A stretch of DNA of 63,909 bases, counting the filler, from Craspedostauros australis (Eukaryota): assembly GCA_030167865.1 (NCBI GenBank). It is 15 parts of 15 records of this genome, joined end to end, with 100 filler letters (N's around TTAATTAATTAA, not from the genome) between each part and the next. Parts side by side here need not be neighbours in the genome. Positions count along the whole stretch, not along the records: positions 39,988 to 53,495 come from JALAGF010004349.1; positions 53,596 to 61,277 come from JALAGF010004350.1; 13 more parts are not named here. One strand, written 5' to 3'. Shown here one piece after another: positions 46,288 to 58,216 of the stretch (within the stretch, counting starts at the first letter, position 1; the number at the start of each line of letters is the position of its first letter). Position numbers and translations under genes: made by a program. Under the pieces are notes generated by a model, which was not told where the DNA came from, did not search any database, and worked only from the letters and a program-made list of their open reading frames with translations.

Positions 46288-49200
46288 TTATGGGCACTGT
46301 GGCTTGCAATGCACCTCAAAGATGTAATGCACCGTTGGCTTTCGCTGCGGCACCGTGGAATGACAGCATTCAGGAACGCTTGCACCATCGCTGCCAGTGT
46401 TGAGGATGGTGTCATCCGCAACGAAGACGTCCACGATAGCGACGGCGGATTCTCCCTGGCACCGTGCTGTGAATTGAAGTGTTTGATCGGGAACGACGTT
46501 CTGCTCTTCAAAGCACTCGATGTCGCCCGTGTCTTCGTTGGGGTGGCTCAACCAGACGGCGTCGACGGTGGTCAACCAAGGCTGCTTGAATTGGTACGTG
46601 ACCGATGTCGTGCTCTGCTCAACAATCTCAATTGGGATCGAAGGAACCTGAGTTGCTCCCACCATGTTGAAAAGCTCGACATTCTGAGGACAGCTGGTTG
46701 CTGTCGTGCCACTCCCATCGCCAGCAGGGGCCATCGAAGGTGCGGACGTTGGCCCGCTCGTCGGTGCCGAAGTTGGATTACCTACCGGTGCTTTCGTTGG
46801 TCCCGATGTGGGCACGCTTGTTGGCCGTGATGTCGGTCCATTTGTTGGGCCCCTCGTGGGTCCATTCGTCGGTTGGCTGGTAGGCATCGCCGTCGGTCCA
46901 TTTGTTGGTTGCTCTGTGGGCAAAGCAGTTGGGCTGATCGTTGGGTAATGCTGAGGTTGACGGCTGGGCATTGCTGTCGGTCCAAGTGTTGGACCAATTG
47001 TTGGACCATTTGTGGGTCCACTGGTTGGTTGGCTGGTCGGCATTACCGTCGGGCCAGCTGTCGGTCCATATGTCGGAGCGATTGTTGGTCCGCTTGTGGG
47101 TCCATTCGTGGGTTGACTCGTTGGTTGGCTGGTTGGCTTTATCGTCGGGCCAGCTGTCGGCCCAAAGGTCGGACCCATTGTCGGTCCATCGGTTGGTTGG
47201 CTCGTAGGGATTACTGTCGGTAGATCAGTGGGTACGCCTGTCGGTCCATTGGTTGGTTGGCTGGTCGGCATGACCGTTGGGCCACTCGTCGGTCCGTGCG
47301 TTGGACCGACTGTTGGTCCATTTGTTGGCTGACTCGTGGGTACTACCGTCGGGCCGCTCGTCGGATCACTTGTGGGTGCACTCGTCGGCCCATTCGTTGG
47401 ACTGCCTGTCGGCTCATCCGTCGTTGGGTCGCTGGGTGTGCCTACGCAGCCGTACCCAAACTCTTCCGATTTTTGTGTGAAACCGAATGCACTGGCCGTG
47501 AATACCTCGACACCATCCAGCAGAACTGTCACGTCGCCTTGTCCGTTCACGCAGCACAGACCATTCTCATTGATGTCGAAGATGTCGAATGTGTAGCATG
47601 CATCCTTTGGGATGCACTCCTTCTGGATGTAGCTGGCATCATTCTCGAAGCCCATCACGTTGAACATCTGCACCTCGCCTCTCTGCAGCGTCCAGACCGT
47701 CTGATACCCGGCACCGTCGGTGTTGAGCCTCACTTCCAGAACTGCTTCATCCGCATTGCAATTGCCGTTGTTGTTATTGTACGTGCCGCCCATGAAATCG
47801 GCAGCGGCCTTGACATCGATGATGCCATATCCGAACGAGGTGTCGTATCCTTCCACTCCGCCGTCCACCGCCGTGAGCTGCAGGGCGCGTCGGATCTCAT
47901 CGGGACTGGCGTTGGGATATGCGCTCATGAGCATGGCGGCGGCACCCGAGACGTGCGGGGTGGACATGGACGTGCCGCTTGATCGAACGAAGACGTCGGG
48001 GTGGAAGGCCGACAGGCTGCGGATGCTGGCACCCGGCGCCGCGACATCGACGAAATCGTTGCTCGTGGACTGCGAGGCGATCGTGCCATCCTCGCGCACG
48101 TTCGCGACGCCCATGACGGAGGCGTGCGATGCGGGGTACCGGAAGGTGGTCGTGCCCGTGTTGCCTGCGGCGGCGATCGACAAGATGCCTTGGGACTTCC
48201 ATTCGGTGAAGGCCTCTTCCTCGGCGAGGCTCCTTCTGGAGCCACCCAGGCTCATATTGATGATGTCGGCACCGTTGTCGACGCATCGCTGAGCAGCGTC
48301 GATGAGCTGTGATGCGCGAACAACGCCTCTTTCAGGGTCCGAGATGTAGAACATCTTGACGATGATGAGCTTGGCGTTTGGCGCAACACCAACCATTCCA
48401 ATGTCATTGTCTTCGGCAGATATGATTCCGGTGACGTGCGTGCCGTGGCCGTCACGGTCAGTTTGCTGCGATTGCGCACAAATGGTGGCATAGCACGTCA
48501 TGCGATAGGATCGAGCACGAGTAGAGGTGAGTGGAATCGCGGATGTTAGAGGCGATTCGAGATGGGTCACTCTCGCAAGAGCGCCCGTCAATGCACAGAT
48601 CAAACACCGCATCGAGTCTCTGGCACAACGGCGCAACGTGCAACGCTAAAAACAACAACAACGTAGAGCAGAACGCAACCGCGAGTATAGTACAGTACAG
48701 TACCATACAAGGAACTTACGAACGTCTCATCGGTGTACTCCTCGAACATGTGGATGCCAGCAACGATCTTGCTTTCATCCAAATCGTTGTGCGGCGCCAG
48801 CCCGGTATCGATGACGCAGATCGTTACACCGTCTCCACGATTTCCGTAGTTGGCATCATCCCACACTTCGCGAGCGCGGATCATGTTCAATCCATACCCC
48901 ACCTCCTGCTGCAGCCTGCGCCGCACCGCGGGTTCGTCACGCAGGATGGTGCGCACGGGATCGTCTTCGCAGTCAAAGATATCTTCGAGTCGCCGGATCG
49001 CATCCTCCTCGGACTTCCGGATCTTGAGCGCGACGTACCGCGTTCCGTCCATGCGATTCAGGATGCGCACGGCGTCATCGCCATGCGCGGCCGACAGGTC
49101 CTCCAGCTCCTGCAAGCACTCGGCGTCTTTGCCGGGTTTGCAATGCACGATGACATTCTCCGTGTCATCGGCGGTGCTGCTGACCAGATCTCTTTGCTGG

Positions 49201-49298
49201 CTGCCGCGCTGGGACAGCGGTTCATGCGCCTGCGTCGTGGCGCATGCCGATGCCATGAGCATCGCCAACGTGGCGATCTGCTTCATGGTGAAGAGCAT
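46288..49298 (-). CDS. Secreted subtilisin-like (S8) serine protease with PT-rich stalk and Cys-containing C-terminal modules; exons 49298-48720 and 48465-46288
   Basis: Signal peptide; prodomain ending RRRL; catalytic triad 'VIDTG', 'HGTHV', 'SGTSMSTPHV'; oxyanion 'AAAGN'. Phase-0 intron 48719-48466 (GTAAGT...CAG). Confidence 0.92.
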
Positions 49299-49918
49299 GC
49301 TGGCAGTTTGGTATTGGTGTTTGGCGAGGATCGATGTAACGACCTATGATGATGATGATTATGAGCTTGGTATGGTCCACAATGTTGAACATCACAACAT
49401 CGCCGATGTATGCATTAGCGCTTTGGCTTGTTGGTGCATTGCGCTCACAAAGTGGCCACAGGGCAATGCATCACATCACACCCAGAGCATTTGCAGCACT
49501 TCCGATCCCGCAACAATCGCAAAAAATGACCACTCCATTCACTTTCAAATCACGAACTGTCGTAACACGACCGAAGAAGACACGTGCGGGCACAATACCT
49601 TGTCCGTTAACTTTACCGGATAGATGCCGAAGAGGCACATGTCCACTGATACCAAACAGACTTTTTAAACGATGTTCGCTATGAGGAATCCATAATCCAC
49701 TGAACGACCGTTTAACACTTGTTGTTCGTGCTGCAACCGCGTTGATAACGGCCCCACTGCAGAGCGTTCCGTTTGATGTCCACTTCTTGGCTTTGTTGTC
49801 ATGGCCACAATCTTGGGAATTATTGGAAGAAGCGCATTTGCTATCTGTTAGTCCATCGTTCTTGGGCAATTTGGTCTTGCCATTCAGCGCGCGACGCGCC
49901 AGTTCCACACTTTCTGTG

Positions 49919-51367
49919 CTATGGCTGAAGCTGCTGCTGCCTCTGAGTCTTCAGATCCAGGATACACTCCTTCAATCTGGTCTCAAGGCGTTGCTGGAAT
50001 GTGTACTGCGATTCGAGCATCGAGCTTTGGACTTGGGTCAATGGCACTCCGTTCTTGGACAATCGCTCATGCCGTTCCGTTGCCGTCAACGGACGGTAGA
50101 TGTTATTGCAGGCGCCGTCGATGGTATCCGCATTGCCTGACGGTGGATCTCTCTTCGCGACATGCTGCTGCGTATGCCTGTCGATCTCCATGATGCAGTG
50201 GCTCGATGCTTCCCATTGCATGGTGAGTGCGGGCCCTTCCGAAACGGGCTCGATGCCGACCGTGGTCGGATGCTCAAAGATCTCCACGACTGAGAATCGA
50301 ACACCACCGGCTTTGTGTGCAGTCTTCGCATTTGATACACTCTTGCGTGACCCTCGGGACGTCACATCAAAGGATCGTCGCTCCTCATCTTCTTCGTAGC
50401 AGTGCTGGGCATCGCCGTAATCATAATGAAGACCATTGATGCCTTGGTCATTGGCATACTCGTAATGATCGTGCTGACCGTAACCATCATCCAGATCCGC
50501 ATGGAAGACCTGTCCGTAGTCCTGCGCAAATCGTGGATCGTGAATGACCGCAGGACCATTGCCGTAGTATTGTTGCGGATACTGCGGTGGTAGAGACATG
50601 CGTGGCCTCATTTGGTATCCAACAGGATGCATTTGTGAAAACTGCTGTCGAGGTGCGGGATGGTGACTCATCATGGACTGGCGCATCATCGGCTGGTGGT
50701 TAACCCTTGGCGGCTGCTGCATCATCGTCAGAGAATCCGAAGGGAATCTTTGCGGAGGCTGTCTGCGTCCACGCCGTTGCGTCGTACTTCGGCGTTGTGC
50801 CATTCGCGTGAGGTCGCTCAAGCGGGATGTTCTGCCCATTCTGCTGCTGCTGCTATCGTTCGATGAGAACGTGCTGTTGGTCCCGGAGGTGGATGCGGTG
50901 GTGGCCGTCGTGACGCTGCCTGCCACGCTCATGTTGCCGTCGATCTGGTTCGCACCGTCGTCGTACCCAATCGTGCCTTTGGCAACAGATGTGCTCGTCG
51001 TCTTGAGGCGTCGGCGCGGAGTTCGTTTCTCGGTGCTGGTCTCGCCAGGCTTTCGGCTCTTGTCAACGGAGGTGGATCGGTTGCGGGTGGGGCGGTCCGT
51101 GCGTTGCCTTCTGGTTGCTCCAGATGATCGGGATCGTCTGCGTTGTGTGTCTGGTTGCGACGGAGCTTCATCATTGAGAGGGAGGGATGCTGGCATGTCT
51201 GCTCGCGTTGCTCTGGATTCCTTCTTGTGCTGCGAACTTCGACCGAGGAGGCGCCTAACACTCTTCCTCAGCTTGCCAGGTGAGATCGAATTGTTGCCGG
51301 ACGATGAGGAAGAGGACTCCGGCCGGCTGCCGCTGCGTCGAGGGGCAGCAGCTTGGCGTGTTGGCAT
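49919..51367 (-). CDS. Largely disordered protein with a C-terminal RVxF-type (PP1-docking), CSRNP-N-like motif
   Basis: 482-codon ORF, S/R/Q-rich; 'GVRFSVVEIFEHPTTVGIEPVSEGPALTMQWE...LTATERHERL..NG'. Confidence 0.65.
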   Translation of the reverse strand: MPTRQAAAPRRSGSRPESSSSSSGNNSISPGKLRKSVRRLLGRSSQHKKESRATRADMPASLPLNDEAPSQPDTQRRRSRSSGATRRQRTDRPTRNRSTSVDKSRKPGETSTEKRTPRRRLKTTSTSVAKGTIGYDDGANQIDGNMSVAGSVTTATTASTSGTNSTFSSNDSSSSRMGRTSRLSDLTRMAQRRSTTQRRGRRQPPQRFPSDSLTMMQQPPRVNHQPMMRQSMMSHHPAPRQQFSQMHPVGYQMRPRMSLPPQYPQQYYGNGPAVIHDPRFAQDYGQVFHADLDDGYGQHDHYEYANDQGINGLHYDYGDAQHCYEEDEERRSFDVTSRGSRKSVSNAKTAHKAGGVRFSVVEIFEHPTTVGIEPVSEGPALTMQWEASSHCIMEIDRHTQQHVAKRDPPSGNADTIDGACNNIYRPLTATERHERLSKNGVPLTQVQSSMLESQYTFQQRLETRLKECILDLKTQRQQQLQP

Positions 51368-52794
51368 GGTAGAGTTGTTGCTGATAATGTTGCTGTTTGT
51401 GTAGGAAGTGTCAGTTGCTGCAGTTGTGAGATAGATGGAGCTGGGTTTGAATGATGTGATGCGACTCCGTTCGTTGTGATGATTGTGCTGACTTGTGTTG
51501 GGCCTTTCTCTGGGATGAGCTGCCTATTGATCTACTGCGACGCGGGACAACAACTGTGACGGTTATGCGTTTGCTCCAAATAGTATGGCCTCAAATCCGA
51601 GCCAACTCTTCCGATGACAAGATGTGACGATGTTGCGCCAATCCAGTGACTTTAATGCCGAGATTCAAATGGATGACGAAAGAGGTACGAAAGAGAGAAA
51701 CAGAGAGAGAGAGACAATGGATGAGAAAGAGGAAACGATGCAGAGACGGAAATGGCAATCGCAATCGACACGAACCGCGATTGAAGTGGGAGCTTGGATC
51801 AGTGACTATTCGTGCGTAAAGTTTTCTCGTTGACTCTTGCACAATACGAATCGTGCTTTTGGTGAATTCGTTCGTTACGTTGAATCCTCCGAATTCGGTG
51901 ACGTGCCGTTGGAATGGGCGTCATCGTCGCTCTCTTTGGCTTGGGGCGCAGCGCTCTGTCGTCTTCCTCATCGGCAACGTGGTGTTGCTGCACACCATGC
52001 GTTCTTACCTCGATGGCTGTCCTGTGTGGTTGCAAGTTGGCGTATGAAAGCAAGGATGTATGCTATACTATGACGTGCAAGAGCGTTTTCTGAGATGGTG
52101 TTGACTCTGCGAGTATGGTGACTTGTGGATGAATTGTGTTGGATCGATGCGATGCGATGCGATCATTGATCGTTGCTTGATGATTGTGAGTTGTGAATGA
52201 GTTGGGCTGTTGTCGTGTTTGCGCGTTGTTGCTGATGTTGCTTTTCACGCAGTTTTCCAGTTTTGTTCCGTTGTCTCCCGTGTACTCTATTTGTGCACAA
52301 TCACGCTTTCAGAGCTTTTTGCACGCCCGAAGTGCTCCAACGTTGCGTTCTGTTGGCGAGGAGCTTTGTGCTATCTTTGTGTCTGTCACGAATACAGCGA
52401 TACAATTTGTCCGAGCCTCGCAAAGTTACGCCACAAGTTCCCTTGGGTGCCGTATTGCTCGTGACCGACGGTATGAACCTCTTCTGCGTCTTGGCATTTT
52501 CACGAGTCATCGATGCTGTCGCGCTGTTGTGTTTTGATTGGTTTCGTGATACGAGCAATTCTGTGTTTTTTGCACATAGCGCAATGATATTTTATGATTT
52601 AGCCTGTCTTCGCCTCATAGTTCTGGAACACCCAACATTTTGTCCGATTTTCATTTTTCTAGCTCGTGACTTACTTTAACGGGACTTAATGTGCGGCGTT
52701 GAGACAGAAAAGTGAATCAGCCGAAATCCCAAATAGCTTACTTAGGGTTACGCTATTGAACTTCAATTGTGGTTCGTTCACGCCCAACAAGAGA

Positions 52795-53039
52795 GACCGG
52801 ACAAAACCGGAGAAACTAGGTCAGACCGGACAGACCGGACAAAATGACCGGACAAAACGGACATACCGGACAAAACGACCGGACAAACCGGACAGACCGG
52901 ACAAAACAACCGGACAGAACGGACAAAACGACCGGACAAACCGGACAAAATGACCGGACAGACCGGACAAAACGGCCGGACAGAATGGATGGACCGGACA
53001 AAATTAACGAACTTAGCGGACACTGTTAACGGACAGTGT
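52795..53039 (+). repeat. Minisatellite of about 18-20 (G)ACCGGACA cores with short A-rich spacers, ending in a 7-bp hairpin
   Basis: Directly visible repeats; ACACTGT-TAACGG-ACAGTGT at 53020-53039. Confidence 0.9.
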
Positions 53040-53595
53040 ACCCAAAACAGCACTGAAGGTCGGCGCAGCGACGTGTGATGGATCAAATGGGAGCAACATT
53101 GCGAGTGTCTGGGTTGAGTGTGGAGGACTACCTCCGGCAAGTATTTTTGGTTGATGCGATTAGTATGTGGAAAGTAGATAGCAAAAGCTGTGAAGCGTGA
53201 TGCTGGTTCTTAATGTTTCGTACACCATTCTGAGACACTCTGCTCAAGTTCAATACGCCCTACTCAATTGAGGGTTGCCATGCTTGGTTTCAAGATAGAA
53301 AATAAGCTTGATTTGTCGCACTTCCTGGTAGATGTGTTCTTTGAATTTGCGTTTTCCAAATTGCACATATATACTGGTCAGGTTTGCTGCAACTCTGATG
53401 GTGTCATCTATGTTTGTTCAACTTCTAGGATGTCTTGTTGGAGGAGCATACTTGCAGTGGACATGTTGAGCACCAAGCCTCCACAAGAATTCATTNNNNN
53501 NNNNNNNNNNNNNNNNNNNNNNNNNNNNNNNNNNNNNNNTTAATTAATTAANNNNNNNNNNNNNNNNNNNNNNNNNNNNNNNNNNNNNNNNNNNN

Positions 53596-54243
53596 CAGCA
53601 GTTCTGCGACGGTTTGAAAGCGACCATCGAACTGAGGGGTGGCAACAACCTCCACCGATACCTGCTCATGCAAGCGGACCTGATGGCAGCATCGGGAAAG
53701 GAGTCGGAAGATTCTGTGAAGGCAGCATACGACAAGGCCATATCAACCGCTGCCCGCTCTGGCTACATCCACGAAACGGCGTTGGCGAATGAACTTACTG
53801 CTGAGTACTTCCTCACAAAATCACCTTCGCCAATTACCAGAGGGGGGTCAATGCGTCTCAGTGCGAGCACCATGGGCAACCCCCTGCTCGGCACCAGCAG
53901 CATGTTTTCAACCAACGGCGGCGGCAGCTCCACCTACGAGTTTGGGAGCACGTTGGAAGACGAAACGGATCTATTTTGGCCACGAGAGCATCTGAGAAAT
54001 GCTATCTCTCTGTACAACGAATGGGGGGCGAAGGCAAAGGTGGAGCAGCTGTTGCAAAAGTACCCGAACCTCGTCGACAGAAGCAGCGTGGACGGCGCAG
54101 ATACGAGCAGCGTCAGCACGAGCCATGGAGATAGAAAGATGCGACATCCAAGACGAAGAACCACCAAGCACACAGCAGACACTCGAATGTGCGTGGCTGC
54201 CGCCCACAAGATCATGGCAGAGGTGAACTTGGATGCGCTGTGA
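53596..54243 (+). CDS. C-terminus of STAND/AAA-TPR-like protein paralog 1 (5'-truncated)
   Basis: 'YDKAISTAARSGYIHETALANELTAEYF' and 'AISLYNEWGAKAKVEQL'; highly similar to the 3' end of the downstream gene. Confidence 0.8.
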   Translation, partial: QQFCDGLKATIELRGGNNLHRYLLMQADLMAASGKESEDSVKAAYDKAISTAARSGYIHETALANELTAEYFLTKSPSPITRGGSMRLSASTMGNPLLGTSSMFSTNGGGSSTYEFGSTLEDETDLFWPREHLRNAISLYNEWGAKAKVEQLLQKYPNLVDRSSVDGADTSSVSTSHGDRKMRHPRRRTTKHTADTRMCVAAAHKIMAEVNLDAL

Positions 54244-57200
54244 GTATGGCGAGCGCGAATACATGTCCGCTACGATCGGAGAGGATCAACCAGTTCATGT
54301 GAAGCGAGAAGGAGCTGCCTCACAGTTCTCAACGAAACGTTCGCACTCAGATCGACACTCTCGATTTTCTGGATCACCTGGCCACTGGAGAACGCGTTCA
54401 CATAATCTTTTCTATTCTAGAGTAGTGTCTGGACCACAAATGTGCCTCAGGAATGCTGCTGCCCTGCCTGCGTTACTGCATCGACTGTTCTGGAGATGTT
54501 CGATCGTCTTCGGATGACAGCGCGAAGTGCTGAGAAATCCTCATGTCCATCATTGTTCACAAACGTGACGCTATCAACGATGATTGTGAGAACTCCTAGA
54601 TAGCCTGCATTCGTGGTTCCAACAGTCATCTTTCTTGTTCAAACGAGTCGAATGGATACAAATGGCCGTGCCTGATGCTGTCAAGGACAACAGACATGGA
54701 CGTTGTGCTGACCCTTGTCATCATGCCAACATGTTGCTTGTGACAAACGATGTCTCCATAGTTGAGGATAGTTCATCTTCTTCGTTCTACACCAAGCGCC
54801 TCATTGTCGTTACCGACACCAGCACTGGCACGCCAAACCAAAGGATGTTTGGTGATTCCATTCATGTGCGCACGCTTTGTTAGGAAACGCCAATCACCTT
54901 CATGTGTGGGATCATCAGATTTTGTGGCAGCCATGAATTTGGACCGACGTGAATTGACAACGGAAGATGTTATTGCTCACTCCAAAATGCTCAGCTGCGG
55001 TCAAGCCAACATTGAGCTGGTTCCTGCGAAAATCGAAACAGAAACAGCACAGCGACTGTGCAGCGAAGACCATGCAGACATCTGCTGCGTCTACTGCCGC
55101 TGATCCACCTGGGTCGTCGCGACGACGCGAAGTATCGCTACGGAGAGTCATCGAGGCTGTATATGGAGTGGGGAGCGCTGAAGAAGGTGGAAGTGCTGAA
55201 GACCAAGACACAGAATCTATTCGGGTAGATGGGGCGGATATCGAAGAGTACTTAAATGCATGGTGTAGCCATCGAAGTGTTTTGTATAATAGTATGCTGG
55301 TATGGTATGCCTTCATCCGTGGTGGTGCGGTGCTCTCAGGATCGCTGGTTCGTCCGAGAGAGTGAGCGCTCCCGGGAAGATAGAAGTTGCTGTCAAATAC
55401 TATCACAAGTCCCATACTCGTAGCTCGTATGGTAATAGTATCCCATAACATTTGTACAATCAAACATCTGCGATCAGCAACAAGACCACCGCAAGGCAAC
55501 TGTGTAGGTAGGCAACGAAAGTGATGATGTCGTTGTATCGGTCGCTGAGCTACCCTGTTCCACAGCTTCCATCTTCGTCGATACGCGTGGTGGACCACGT
55601 GCGGAACAGTTCTGCTTCGTCGATCGTCTTGGCGTCGCTCCTCTCTTCATCATTTGGTGGCAGATTACCTACGTCACATTGGTGTTGTTCTTTGTTGTTC
55701 TGTCGTTTTGGTTGAAAATGTGAGCGTGGGGTTTTGTCTCTTTTGGTTTGGCGCGCCTGCGTTGAGGCCGTCATGACACATGTCGCACGTTAGATAGAAT
55801 TAGCTGCACCTTCATTAAGTGGTTTCCCCAAACTGTCGACGAAGGACGAGAAACACATGAATCCTGTGTGAGCAACCAGTAAAAAGCGTTATAGTGTGCA
55901 CCATGATAGGCGAAACGAACCGCAGAAAAAGACCACGCGGGATGACGCAACAACTGATCACACAGGAGTAAGAGGTACGTGCTTACTCTGCCCATCACAA
56001 CCTCTCTTAAGGTATTCATCCATTCTACTCTATGATCATCGCTATACTTGAGTACAGAGCATTGATCCACACATCCTATAATGGCTCTGTTATTCTCATT
56101 TTTCGCTGGCTCTGCCAGATCTGTTGGAGATGTATGCATCAGGCCTTCTTCGAAACATGAGCCATTCTGCCAACAAGAACAGCGTCACTGATCGTTCGTT
56201 CGAGGAAGACGGACAGATCAACGCGCAAACCGAAGTCCGGTGTTGACACCATGAAGGATAACAATTGCGATACCAACGGCGATCCTGATGAACGCGACAC
56301 CGTCGATCATCACGATAATCCCGATGTCGTCAATGGTAATCACAACATAAATAGGGGACGGTGAGATTGGCTACAGGCCGATGACTTCATCGGACACGAA
56401 GATGAACTGGATCAATAGAAATCGATCCACGCGACCATTTGCCGCGGACCATACAGTATCGGACAGCAGCAGCCACGATGTCGCAGGCGGCGCAGGAAGG
56501 GGCAACAAGGGGCAACAAGGAGCCGCAGCATGTTGTCGTCCGTGGGTGCCAGAGAGGCCGATGCCGTTTCGGAAGGCAGCCGCAGCCAGGATAACACCCT
56601 CATCAACGTGGACGATTCCCAGCGTAGCCGTTGGTGTACATCTCCTTGTGTCCAGTATGCGCGTACTATTACATTACGCAGTGAGGTGTGTGATGGTCTT
56701 TGGAATCATGTATTCTACCAGTGAGTGTTGCAAGCTTGAATCTCCATCTGCTGGGGCGACTTTGTGAGGGCGATTATGCTCGCCGCACAGCGGATGCGAA
56801 GTGCCGAGAAATCCTAATTGTGGACTGCGAGGTCACACAGCGAATCTGTCATCGCGAAGGGGCCACTTGTGACATCTCTTGTTGTTTAACGCAAGGTGTC
56901 TCTGTTCTGCGAAGCCAGTACTCTAGACTGCTCCTCACGAACAGAATATGGATCGTTAATTAATTGAAAAGTTGCATAAAGTAGACAAGTGTGTCTCATG
57001 GGGAATGTCTAGCTGCCCTTTGTGGCAGAAACTGCATGGACCTCGAGCCAAAGACACACCCATCACACCCATGACCAAATCTATTCGTGAAGACCGCCCA
57101 TTGTGCGACTCAACAAAAACCCATTGGGGATGCACAGGTCGGAGATGGGCCCAAAGCGATAGGCGGTGCACAAGAGGGCACACTTCCCGATGGCTGCATC

Positions 57201-57297
57201 ACAAGAGGAGCCATAGAATCGGCATTCATGATGGGAGGAGAGGACGCGATCGTCGTTGCATTCGAATCACAATCACTCCAGAAAGCACCAAGTCATC

Positions 57298-58182
57298 ATG
57301 GTGACCCAGCGCTCTTCAAAGCACCTTGACGTCTCATCGTTCAAGCGCTCTTCTTCGCTCTCGCAAGGTCAACGGGCGAGTGGCGTGGATGCATTCATCA
57401 ACCGTTCTGCTCACGAGAGCGGCATCGCCGTTTCCACCTCCAACACTGCGGAGGAAACAGCCAGCCCAACGATCGAATCCAAGATCGACATCTACAGCAT
57501 CGACGATGATGATGCGCACAGCCAATCAGATTCTGATGATGAACACAACGCCATGGATCGCGACGAGAATCCCGATGGCACCGATGATCAGCATGGCCAA
57601 CGCACAAGCAGCGGACGGTGGGATCGCCTACGGTTCGATCACTTCATCGGGCGTGAAGATGAGTTGGAGCGACTGAATTCGATCTACGGACGCATCTGCC
57701 GCAAACCATCCAAGACATCCGACGCAACTAGCGCAGGCAAAGGCAACAAGGAACCGCAGGTTGTTCTCATACACGGATACTCTGGGACAGGAAAATCCGC
57801 ACTAGTGGATCAATTCCTCGAGGGTTTGGGTGTCAAATCGGCTCCTTCGAGCACCGCGCCATCAACTGCAGGTGCAAATGATGTCACTGCGCAAACGATT
57901 TCCGAAAAAGGCAAAAGACAAGCCGATCGGCATCGATGCCACGTTGGCAAGGGAAAGTACGATCAGTTCAACAACGCGGGCAACTTGTCAGCTATCGTTG
58001 ATGCTCTGTCTAGTTTCTTCGAGAATCTCGGGGAGGGTGACGAGCCTGATTACGTTGCGGAGAGCAACCGCATACGCCACAGCATTCGCAGCAAGGTGGA
58101 CGATGATCAGTGTGACCGCATGTGCAGAATCATTCCTGGTCTTTCCAATGTGTTGGAGGGCGACTGCCAGAGCAATCTTCAC

Positions 58183-58216
<34 letters not shown>

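Noticed and set aside
52742..52750. Telomeric TTAGGG
   Set aside because: Only about 1.5 units; expected by chance.
52795..53003. CRISPR-like repeat-spacer array
   Set aside because: Repeats are 7-9 nt, spacers are short and non-unique, the context is eukaryotic and there are no cas genes.
54244..57250. ORFs of 60-227 aa between the STAND paralogs
   Set aside because: No motifs or codon bias that I can support; treated as intergenic or unresolved.
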